From a virus: a stretch of 64,000 nt of DNA. The notes below the pieces were generated by a model. It made no database searches. It saw only the letters and a list, made by a program, of their open reading frames with translations, and was not told the origin of the DNA. Positions 37,319 to 46,400 of the stretch are shown piece after piece (the stretch's first letter is position 1; the number at the start of each line of letters is the position of its first letter). The DNA is taken from the IMG/VR virus record IMGVR_UViG_3300028581_000012; one strand, given 5' to 3'. The position numbers were made by a program, and so were the translations under genes.

Positions 37319-38698
37319 TTAAGATTGTTGTTCTTTTAACCTCTTTTTTTCTAAGAGTTCTTTGACACGATTTTTGTTTCTTTCTTCTTTTTGTTCTTCC
37401 AAACCTAAAAAAGTCATACTTTGTTCGGTATCTATTTCAAGCAGTGCATTATCAAATTTACAATTTTCAAATACAATTCCATCTTTTCCTATCCTTGATT
37501 TTGTGATGGCAATGGTCGCTAAATTCATTTCTTTTTGTTGTAAACTTTTGGCTACCGTAATAATAACGTGACCAACTTGGGCTTTTTTAATTGACCCACC
37601 CATTTGGTCTGTAGTTACAACTTCAGATGAAATTGAATTACGATTACCTTGTGTTGCGGTCCATCCAGCAATGTCTAGTTCGTGACACATAGCCTCAAAT
37701 CCTCTCATAACTGAACCTTCACTTTTCCATTCATCACTTAACATTTTATCAGGAACAACACAATCAATGTAGTCCAAGATAATCATATCTATTCTTGTAC
37801 CTTCAGCCATCATTTTTCTAACTTGGGTTTTAATCTGACTAATAGTTACAGTATCTGATGCGAGTTTTTTCATAATCAACTTATTCTTTCTTGATGTTTG
37901 AATGTGTTTTACTTTTTCTAAAACCTCATTTTTATTTTCAGTTAAATCATCGGGATGAATTCCAGTCCATAAAGTGATGTGTTTTCTTTGAATAATTTTT
38001 GGGTTATCCTCAAAAAATATTTGTAATACATTATAACCAAGATTAAAAGCATGATTTGCAATCTTTGTTGTAAATGTTGACTTTCCTACTCCTGTGGGGG
38101 CTAAGATAACACCAATTTCTCCTTTTGCCAAACCACCACGAAGAAGATTATCAATTCCGGGTATTCCTATTGGAATTGGATGTCTATAGTCATCATCTAA
38201 GACCTCATCAAGATTTGAAAATACATCTGCAGTACCTTTATCTATTTCACCAACTTGTAAAGCTCCTCTTACCATTTCTTCCAAATGGTCGTAACTTTCA
38301 AAATCACCTTTATCAATAATAGATTGAGCTTTGGTCATTACTTTTTGTAATTCTTGTTGTTTACAAAACTTAAGTGATTTTTCTTGAACAAATAATGAAC
38401 CTTCGTCAGAAACATTTTTTACCTGTTCAATTGTATCTAAAATATTTTTTTGAGCCATAGGTGAACTAATTTCTGACTTTGTCAGTTGTTCTAAAGTATC
38501 AAAAGTTGGTGTATGCTCGTACTTGGAATAGTACTCCTTTACCATTTGACAAATAATACGAAAATATTGATTATCAAAATAATGCGGGTCAATTACTTCG
38601 AGGATAGAATTCGAAAAATCTTTGTATAAAATAATATTATTTAATAACTGTATTTGAAACGTATTTCCTAAGTATCCGAAGTTTTTTTTGTCTGACAT
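37319..38698 (-). CDS. dnaB: Replicative DNA helicase (DnaB / T4 gp41-like)
   Basis: Walker A APTGVGKST, IILDYID, WTATQGNR, KSRIG. Confidence 0.93.
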   Translation of the reverse strand: MSDKKNFGYLGNTFQIQLLNNIILYKDFSNSILEVIDPHYFDNQYFRIICQMVKEYYSKYEHTPTFDTLEQLTKSEISSPMAQKNILDTIEQVKNVSDEGSLFVQEKSLKFCKQQELQKVMTKAQSIIDKGDFESYDHLEEMVRGALQVGEIDKGTADVFSNLDEVLDDDYRHPIPIGIPGIDNLLRGGLAKGEIGVILAPTGVGKSTFTTKIANHAFNLGYNVLQIFFEDNPKIIQRKHITLWTGIHPDDLTENKNEVLEKVKHIQTSRKNKLIMKKLASDTVTISQIKTQVRKMMAEGTRIDMIILDYIDCVVPDKMLSDEWKSEGSVMRGFEAMCHELDIAGWTATQGNRNSISSEVVTTDQMGGSIKKAQVGHVIITVAKSLQQKEMNLATIAITKSRIGKDGIVFENCKFDNALLEIDTEQSMTFLGLEEQKEERNKNRVKELLEKKRLKEQQS

Positions 38699-38736
38699 AT
38701 TATATGATTTTTTCTTTTTGTATTTGATAAATATGA

Positions 38737-39189
38737 TTAAGCGAACGAATAATTAAGGTACCGATAAGATAAATTTTTAGCTGAAAAAATGTCAGTTAAG
38801 TCTTTCAGTATGGTTTTTATTGTTGGTCGTATATCCAGGGTGTATCTAGCCTTTGGCGGGTACAGTTTAGCATCGATTTGTCTATGACAAATTGTCTCAT
38901 TTCCAATACGAATAATTAGGTTGAACACTTCAGGTCCATCGGTATTTGCCGTATCTAAAATACTTGGGTCTTCTTCAATTTGGAATCGGTTTTCCAACAT
39001 GTAAAATACCGACTTGTTTCTTAATTTTGTTTGTAAATCATATGACAACTCATTCATATAATTTAAAAGCTCAAGACTGTTTTTGGCTTTTTGGTTCATA
39101 CTTCTGACATTGAAAAATCTTTGTACAACGAAGTTGTCATTTAATGTGATTAAAAACTCAACTTTAGTAATGTCGTGATTCTCTTTCAT
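38737..39189 (-). CDS. Hypothetical protein
   Basis: 150 aa ORF in the replication block. Confidence 0.7.
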   Translation of the reverse strand: MKENHDITKVEFLITLNDNFVVQRFFNVRSMNQKAKNSLELLNYMNELSYDLQTKLRNKSVFYMLENRFQIEEDPSILDTANTDGPEVFNLIIRIGNETICHRQIDAKLYPPKARYTLDIRPTIKTILKDLTDIFSAKNLSYRYLNYSFA

Positions 39190-39193
39190 AATT

Positions 39194-40201
39194 TTAATTT
39201 TTTCTTTTAAATTTTGTTTTTTCTTTTCTTGTTAGTTTTAAAAATGGTTTTAGAAAGTACGTCCAATTATCATCAGTTTTAGGTAAAAACTTAAACAATC
39301 CATCTTCCATCATCATTCTTATTAAATTTCTATATCCTCTACCATCAGGGTCCAAGCTCTCAGAATAGTAAAGGTGTACCATTTCTTTACCATATTCATT
39401 TATTAAAGGGTTATCCAAATCTACGAGTTTTTCATTAATTTCAAAAAACTCTTGACCAAAAACACCTTCTTTTGTTTTACCACTTAACAGATTTTGAAGT
39501 GCAATATTGTCTTTATTTTCTTTTAACAATATTTCACCCTTTGTTAAAATATCGGTGAAGTTAACTTCTTTTTCAAGTAACTCAGGAAAAAATTTAATTA
39601 ATGTTTTTTCCCCAAGATAAAATATACCATCAATATTATCTGACCCATCACCTGTTAAAATTTTTAAAGTTTTAACATTATAGTGCGGGATTAGATTTTC
39701 ATAAAGTTTTATTTTATCCCCTAATTTGAAGTATGACTTGTTGGATGGTGAATATATAGTAACTTTGTCTGAAATGAGCTGTGTGAGGTCCCTATCACTT
39801 GAGAATATTGTTTTTTGTTCGTCTTCAGATATTTTACAATAATATGCAATCAAATCGTCTGCCTCTGAATGCTCAACTTCAAGTTGTCTTACAAACATTT
39901 CTTCCAAATATTGTTTAACTCTTTGTTTTTGAATATTAAACGATTCTTCTTTTAGTTCGTTATCTGAACTTTTTCTATTTAACTTATACTTTGGGTAAAT
40001 AAGTCTTCTTTGTGATGTACTTGTATTACTATCCCAAAAAACAACTACTTTGTCAAAATTAGACTCTTCTAAAAATTTACGTAGAGTGTTTAGAAAGTGC
40101 CAAATACCTCCGACGTGTTTCCCTTCGTGATAAAATTCTCTAACACCGTGAAAACCAATTTTCAATAAATTATTTCCGTCTACAAGTAATGTCTTTGACA
40201 C
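39194..40201 (-). CDS. 5'-3' exonuclease / flap endonuclease (T4 RNase H-like)
   Basis: LLVDGNNL, VVFWD, YPKYKLNR, EADDLIA, SSDRDLTQL, LTGDGSDNIDGI..LGEKT. Confidence 0.93.
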   Translation of the reverse strand: MSKTLLVDGNNLLKIGFHGVREFYHEGKHVGGIWHFLNTLRKFLEESNFDKVVVFWDSNTSTSQRRLIYPKYKLNRKSSDNELKEESFNIQKQRVKQYLEEMFVRQLEVEHSEADDLIAYYCKISEDEQKTIFSSDRDLTQLISDKVTIYSPSNKSYFKLGDKIKLYENLIPHYNVKTLKILTGDGSDNIDGIFYLGEKTLIKFFPELLEKEVNFTDILTKGEILLKENKDNIALQNLLSGKTKEGVFGQEFFEINEKLVDLDNPLINEYGKEMVHLYYSESLDPDGRGYRNLIRMMMEDGLFKFLPKTDDNWTYFLKPFLKLTRKEKTKFKRKN

Positions 40202-40231
40202 TCCCTAAAAATTAAATTGTTACTACTCTAC

Positions 40232-41230
40232 TTATTCTTTTTCTTCTTTCAAATCAAAATCACCATCCACCCCAATTATGTCTTTCCAATAATCTGCGTA
40301 TTCTTTTTTGTATTTTTCTATATTTGTTTTTTCTTCAGTTGTGTCTTTGCCAGCAATAAAACCATGCGGTGTTACAATTATTTTACCATCATCATATCCA
40401 AGACCATTTATGTGATTTTTCATCACAGACACTTTAGTTCTTGATGCAAACTTTACGGTTCTTTTGTCTTTTGTTGCTGTTATTTTTGTTGTTCCCGCCC
40501 CTTTTTGATTTCCAAATAAAAATACTAAAGATGAGTTCAACCAAATAGCTTCACCGCCTTTAGCTTTGATTTTAGGTTGTCCAAATGGATTATCAGGTAG
40601 TTCAACCCAAGGTTGGTTTACAATAATTAAAGTATTTTCATATTTGGAATCCGATTTACGAGACCCTGAAATTCTTTGATTTATTCCCATACCAATTTTG
40701 TCTGCCAGTGCAGCTGCGTTATGTTGTTTTCCACCGCGACCTTCATATGTCATTTTACAGGGAACAGAACCTACGGAGTCCCACATTATACATAATGAAT
40801 AGTCTAATTCACCTTTTTCTTGAGCATCTAACAAACTATTAATATAATCAGTAATTTGTTCAATGTACTCAAAGTTATTGTTAAAGATAAAAAATCCATC
40901 CCAATCAACTTCACCTGTTTCTTCATCAACCACTTCCTCACATTCAAAACCCATTAGTTTTGCGTGTTCAAAAGACCATTTCTGTTCTGTAATAATGAAA
41001 ACGGGTAGAATACCTTTCTTTTGTGCATCAACCGCAGTTTTGACTAAGGCTGTTGTTTTTCCTGTATCGGAGTGACCCAAAAACATATTAAGGTGTCCGA
41101 TTGCAGGGCCAGGTAATCCAACCGCATCCAAAAAGTCTGACCCTAAATCAAAAAACCTTTGTGGTTTGTACTTAGCTGAAGTTGAAAACTTCTTTTTTAA
41201 TGAACTAAAATCATTCTTTTTGATTGCCAT
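40232..41230 (-). CDS. recA: RecA/UvsX-like recombinase
   Basis: Walker A GHSDTGKTT, WDSVG, IIVNQ, KGGEA, KNH. Confidence 0.85.
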   Translation of the reverse strand: MAIKKNDFSSLKKKFSTSAKYKPQRFFDLGSDFLDAVGLPGPAIGHLNMFLGHSDTGKTTALVKTAVDAQKKGILPVFIITEQKWSFEHAKLMGFECEEVVDEETGEVDWDGFFIFNNNFEYIEQITDYINSLLDAQEKGELDYSLCIMWDSVGSVPCKMTYEGRGGKQHNAAALADKIGMGINQRISGSRKSDSKYENTLIIVNQPWVELPDNPFGQPKIKAKGGEAIWLNSSLVFLFGNQKGAGTTKITATKDKRTVKFASRTKVSVMKNHINGLGYDDGKIIVTPHGFIAGKDTTEEKTNIEKYKKEYADYWKDIIGVDGDFDLKEEKE

Positions 41231-41232
41231 TA

Positions 41233-41451
41233 TTATTCGTAAATTTTGAAATTATTAATTGTTTCCAATTTATCTTTTGCATTTGCTAGTTGTTCAACCA
41301 AGTTGTCCATTTCTTCTGTATGTTGTGGGTGTTCACCAATACCAACAGGATTTGTAAAATAAACATATAGTCTTGCTTCAGCGTCTGCGATTTCTGCCTC
41401 ATATTTTTTTACAAGAGCATCTTTTAATTTTTCTGCGATAAACGACTTCAT
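41233..41451 (-). CDS. Conserved small phage protein
   Basis: NPVGIGEHP motif between two helices. Confidence 0.75.
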   Translation of the reverse strand: MKSFIAEKLKDALVKKYEAEIADAEARLYVYFTNPVGIGEHPQHTEEMDNLVEQLANAKDKLETINNFKIYE

Positions 41452-41474
41452 TTTTTGTTTTTTTAAAAGTTAAT

Positions 41475-41502
41475 AAAAATCGGGCCCATTTACCGAGCCC
41501 GA
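41475..41502 (-). terminator. Rho-independent terminator after ssb
   Basis: Minus strand TCGGGCTC-ggtaaat-GGGCCCGA (one G-U pair) then TTTTT. Confidence 0.7.
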
Positions 41503-41519
41503 GTAAATAAAAGTTTGGA

Positions 41520-42374
41520 TTAGAATGGTAAATCTTCTGCAGGTTCGTCATTTGCCTGTGGGTCAACAATAGGAGCCGTTTCTTGTTTTGAACCACCAAG
41601 TGAAATTTCGGCAGATTCTCCATAAACATACTTTTTAAGTTCTGAACTCCAAATTGGAGTTTCACCAACCGCAACCGCATCTAAGTACTCAACAGGTTTT
41701 TTAGAATAAACATCATTCCAAGTTAATTCATCCTGTACCCATCCTTCCATAATTCCTTTATCTTCGTGAAGTGGTTGTGGGTCATCATACATAATAGTTT
41801 GGATGACGGTATACTCTTTTCCCTGTGGGGTTTTCGCCTTTGTAAGTTCAATGATTAAATCACGACCTTTTTCAGCGTCTGTAACGTCACCTTTAGCTTT
41901 CCAAATAGGTAAGATTTTATCTAACACACCTTCTTGTTTGTAGTTGTGTTTGAATCGCCAAAATTTAACACCATCTTGTTCGTTATCACGGTCAATAACT
42001 TTTACAATGTAAAATAAACGTGAACGATATTGTGACGCCAATTCTTTATCTTCTTTTCTACCTGTAGAAATAAGTTCATTATAAACTTCTGTAAGTGGTG
42101 AACGTTCGTTGTCATTTTTGTCAGGGTCATACAACTTTACCCATTGCCCATTTACTTGAATTTCGTGATACCATACTTCAGTAAATGGTGATGAACCATC
42201 TTTTGTAGGTAAAATACGAATTCTTCGTGATGCGGACTTTTCATTTTTTTGAAGAATCGCTGAAAAATACTTTTTCAATCTGTCCTCTTGTGAAATGTTT
42301 GTTTTTTGTGAACTCGTTGATGTTGAGTTCTTTTCGTACTGCGCAAGTACTGAATCTAATACTGAATTTGCCAT
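41520..42374 (-). CDS. ssb: Single-stranded DNA-binding protein, T4 gp32-like
   Basis: IRILP, WYH, VIDRD...GVKFWRF, D...GRDL.I, acidic tail EDLPF; start reassigned to MANSVLD (42374). Confidence 0.85.
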   Translation of the reverse strand: MANSVLDSVLAQYEKNSTSTSSQKTNISQEDRLKKYFSAILQKNEKSASRRIRILPTKDGSSPFTEVWYHEIQVNGQWVKLYDPDKNDNERSPLTEVYNELISTGRKEDKELASQYRSRLFYIVKVIDRDNEQDGVKFWRFKHNYKQEGVLDKILPIWKAKGDVTDAEKGRDLIIELTKAKTPQGKEYTVIQTIMYDDPQPLHEDKGIMEGWVQDELTWNDVYSKKPVEYLDAVAVGETPIWSSELKKYVYGESAEISLGGSKQETAPIVDPQANDEPAEDLPF

Positions 42375-42410
42375 AAATAAATTTTTAATTATTACTCTTT
42401 TATCTATGAA

Positions 42411-42440
42411 AAATATAGGTGAATTTTTGTGTTTGTCAAA
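42411..42440 (-). promoter_or_regulatory. Putative host-RNAP promoter driving the replication block
   Basis: TTTGACA-N16-TATATTT (equivalently TTTG-N19-TAnnTTT), directly after a terminator. Confidence 0.55.
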
Positions 42441-42441
42441 T

Positions 42442-42465
42442 AAAAAAGGGAAGATAATTCTTCCA
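42442..42465 (-). terminator. Rho-independent terminator
   Basis: Minus strand GGAAGA-atta-TCTTCC then CTTTTTT. Confidence 0.6.
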
Positions 42466-42490
42466 TTAAAATTCAATATTATAATTAATT

Positions 42491-43183
42491 TTAGAATGTA
42501 TTTTCATCATCGTCTTGGTCAAAAATACCAAAAGTTTTTTTAACTTCGTTTGGTGAAAAGTTTTCAACATCATCTGAAGTTAAAATGTATTCATCTTTTC
42601 CTTGTTTTTCAAAGTCTTCTTTTTTGTCTTCAAAATAATCAGTAAGTTTTTGATTATATGGATAAGAATCTAAAGAACGTAACATAAGTTTTTCTTCAGG
42701 ACTTTTAGTTCTATATTTTTCAACTTTACTTTCAATTGAATCAATTTTAGACATAATTTGGTCCATTTGATTTAATTTGGTTTCCAAATCATTTATTTTT
42801 TGAAACATTCCGTCCATAAACTCTTCTTGTTTTGACTTGATTTCTTCTTGAGCCGTAACCAAATCAGTAATATCTAATTCTTCAGTCCCTCCCTCTTCTT
42901 TGTCTTTTTTAGTATCAACCTCTTCAACATCAGGGTCAGACTCCACATCTACAGGTTCAGGTATTGCATCAGCCCCTCCTGCATCAGGTGCCGGTGGTGC
43001 TCCTGCTTCAGGTGCCGGTGGTGTTCCTGCTTCAGGTGCCGGTGGTGACCCCGCTTCGGGTGCTGGTGGTGTTCCTGCTTCAGGTGCAGGTAAAGCCTCT
43101 TGTTCATTAATATAACCTGTGATTTGATTGAATCTTTTTAATTCCTCAAGAATTTGTTTTTCTATATTCATTTTTTTATCCAT
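42491..43183 (-). CDS. Acidic protein with PAPEAG repeats and coiled coil; possible head-internal/scaffold-like protein
   Basis: ILEELKRF..I..YINEQ leader, five 8-aa repeats, D/E-rich, heptad region. Confidence 0.7.
   Translation of the reverse strand: MDKKMNIEKQILEELKRFNQITGYINEQEALPAPEAGTPPAPEAGSPPAPEAGTPPAPEAGAPPAPDAGGADAIPEPVDVESDPDVEEVDTKKDKEEGGTEELDITDLVTAQEEIKSKQEEFMDGMFQKINDLETKLNQMDQIMSKIDSIESKVEKYRTKSPEEKLMLRSLDSYPYNQKLTDYFEDKKEDFEKQGKDEYILTSDDVENFSPNEVKKTFGIFDQDDDENTF
42977..43090 (-). repeat. Five tandem 24-nt repeats encoding PAPEAGxP
   Basis: cctgcttcaggtgccggtggtg(tt/ct/ac) units. Confidence 0.9.
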
Positions 43184-43400
43184 TTAATAATGTTTTAACT
43201 CCTGTTGGAGTTTCAACTTTTAATGTTCTGTTTGTTTTCATAGTGTTGTCTACTCTTTCAATTAAACCATCTTTCATTCTAACTGTGTAACAATCACCTG
43301 TATCCAAATCGCAAACTTCTTGATATCCATTACCTTTATCTCTTTGGGTAATTTTAGTATCTTTTCTTAGATAATTATCTAATAACATTTTAATTTCCAT
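43176..43400 (-). CDS. Hypothetical protein
   Basis: 74 aa, CDLDTGDCY motif, TATTTATA upstream. Confidence 0.7.
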   Translation of the reverse strand: MEIKMLLDNYLRKDTKITQRDKGNGYQEVCDLDTGDCYTVRMKDGLIERVDNTMKTNRTLKVETPTGVKTLLNG

Positions 43401-43411
43401 AGTTTTTTTTA

Positions 43412-43419
43412 TATAAATA
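43412..43419 (-). promoter_or_regulatory. TATTTATA upstream motif (putative late promoter)
   Basis: 11 nt before ATG at 43400. Confidence 0.55.
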
Positions 43420-43424
43420 TTATG

Positions 43425-46400
43425 TTATGGGAAAAACAATTTGTAACTGCTTTCAAATAGTTGTTTATACCTATTATAAATATCAAGTATATCCGAAAAA
43501 CCTGGATTTACTTTTTCGGCCTTTCTAAGTGTAAAATCGGCGAAGGTTTCAGGTAGTGTTGTGTAAAGCTGTGGACCACCCGATGGACTAACAAAACGAC
43601 CATCAACTCTAAACAATGTATAAACACTGTAAGCGTCAGCATATTTTTTAGCATCAGTAGTTTCTGTACTCGCATTTTTCAAACTTTCTATTATTGGAAG
43701 AAAAGCTTGGTTTTGAAGATTAAAAAACTCGAGTCCCGCATCAAAACTAGCAAAAGCTGCGTATGGTCTTGATACACTCGTATCTTCCAAAGCAGTCGTC
43801 GTACAAACTTGTTGACTTATTAATCCATTTAAACTTCCACCATAATTATTAGATGTTGATATTTCATACAAGTTGTAATTTGGAGCACTACAAACAACTT
43901 GGTCAATTTTATTATTAAGTCTAGAAAATGCAACTCCATAATATAGTGGTCTTAATTTTTCTAACGATGCTGATATTTTACTATTCAACAAAGTCTGAAG
44001 TTCACTTGAAGTTATTGGAGTTAGATTTATTGAAACAAATGGTGTTGTAGTAAATGTTGTAGCAGATAAACAAATATTTTCAGGAGCTTGTAATGAACCA
44101 GCTTGTACTGTTCCTTGTTGGGTATCAACATTAGTAATCGCTTCTGAAGTTTTGGAAGTTTTTAAAATTTGTTCTTTGTAGTAATTTAAATAATTTTGAT
44201 TAACTGTATCTATAAGACTATTTGGTTGTGGTAAACTATATCTTGAAATTCTAGGTCCTTCTATTGTCGTTGAAAACCCATTAGTATTAATTTTGTGACT
44301 AACACTCATAATCATATATGGTCCATAAAATAAAGGAACGTGTCTTAAATTCAAATACATTGTTGGTTGCATCATAGCATTACCCATCATTTCTATTGTT
44401 GCGGTATAACTTCTACTTTTGTAGATACTATATAATGAAACTGTTTGTTGTGCTACTTTGTCACCACTAACCGAAGCTCCCATTTGAGCATATATTCTAT
44501 TAGATTCTGCAGTGTTTTTCTTTTCTGACATATCAATAGACACACTTTTAAAGATACTTTGGTTTTGAGTACCGTAGTCAACACTAAACCCTACTACTCT
44601 ATTTTTTTTAGAATAATCTTCATCGGGACTTGATGGAACACGCAAAGGATTATCAGATGATTTTCTTAAATCAAAAGTATCACTGGCAAATTTAGAATAA
44701 GCAGCATTTGTTGCAACGTGTTCTGATGGTTTTCCAACATACATAAGTAAAAACTTCGGTGTTGCCTTTATATAATCAACATCCAAAAAAGTACCAAACA
44801 AAGTTTCAGTGGCATCAACAGGAATTGGTTCACTTTTAGCGACCGCCTGTTGTATACCATAAAAGTTAACATATGCAGGAAGTGCAAAAAACACCATATT
44901 GTTATCCCCACAAATATTACTTATAATCGCTAACATATTTTGGTTGTCGTTACCTTTTAGATATCCTTTAATTTTTTCTAAATCAATTGTAATTTCATTA
45001 CCAACATCTCTAGCCGCTTTATCTTGAAATAAAAAGTCTTCAAAAATGGTTTTATTTAAAAAGTCTGTACCCGCAATCCACTTGTCGTTCATTGTTTTTA
45101 ATAAAGAATAGGTGTCTAACTTTGAAACATTACCTGCCGTTGCGTTTTTAATTGGTGGTGTATTCTGTTTGATTGTTGGTAAGTCTGCATTTAATTTTAA
45201 AAAAGTTTGTGTTAAATTTTCTGAGTTAAATGTTTGTTGTTGTAGTAAAAAATTATTTAAATTTTGTTGAAATCTAGTTTTATTCAGTGTTGGGTCTTCT
45301 AACTTTTGTTTTGCAAATAGTCTTATAATAGGGTAATATGTTTCTATATTTGACACAGTAAACTCAATGTCCATACCATTATTAGCAGTAAAAAAATCAG
45401 TTATAGTACTACCACTATCAGCATACTTAATACCATTTTGAGTAAATTCTCCAACATATTTTTTAAGTGCCGCCCACTCTAATGGGTTACTTGTTGTACT
45501 TTGTAATAATGTTGGAGCTGATACAGTACCATCGTTTGGTAATGTTCCTACAACATAAGGACTTACCGTTAATGGGTTAAGTGGTTGAAAAGCGGGGTTA
45601 TTACTAAAATAATTAAATACCCTTCTTTTGAAGTTACCAGGATTTCCCATTTTTAAAACACAATCAAAATTTAAAAATTCAACAAGTTTAGGAAAAAAGT
45701 TGGATATTTGTTTTTGAGCTAATAAGACACCGTCTTGTGATTCATCGTCTAACAATGTCAAACTGTTTTTTGGAACCATAAACAAATTTTCAATTTGATT
45801 GTATAGTCTTTTTTCTTTAACGTTTCTTACACCACCAACTGTAGTGTAGTTTGAATTAGTTTGTTCTTCTTCTAACACTAAATCAGATACAGAAGGTGTT
45901 GGGTTACAAAAACTTAAAAATAATTCTTCAAATTTATCTAATATTTCAGGTTCAAATACTGAAAAAATTTCTTCTATATTTGAATAAGTTGATGTTGTAT
46001 TTCTTAATTCAAAATCTAAATTTTTAGAGTTGTCGGTATAAATTGTTTTAAGATACTCATTATATAATGGTTTTCTAATAAGTGAGTTGTTAAAATACCC
46101 AAACTGTGAAACTCCCCATAAAGGTCTAACACTACCATTATAAACAGACTTATTGTTAAAAACTTCTTCAGTAATTTTACCTAAAGAATTAAAACATTCA
46201 AAGTTTGTTTGGTTTATATTTATACCACCTGAAGAAGGTACTAGTAGAAAATTTTGACTGTTTTCAGGATTGTCAAAGAAAGTGTAATAATTTTTATTTA
46301 CCAAAGAACGATTTGGATTTGTTAAATCAAAACTGAAGTTATAATATTTTCCTGAAGTTTGGTTATTAGCAACTCTAAATCCATTATTATTATATGAATC

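Noticed and set aside
33920-41230. Inteins or group I introns in nrdA, nrdB, helicase or recA
   Set aside because: Protein lengths are normal, motifs are contiguous, and no intein splice motifs or frame breaks were seen
42375-42476. Extended N-terminus of the SSB gene in the track
   Set aside because: The region contains a terminator and a promoter; MANSVLD at 42374 is the more plausible start
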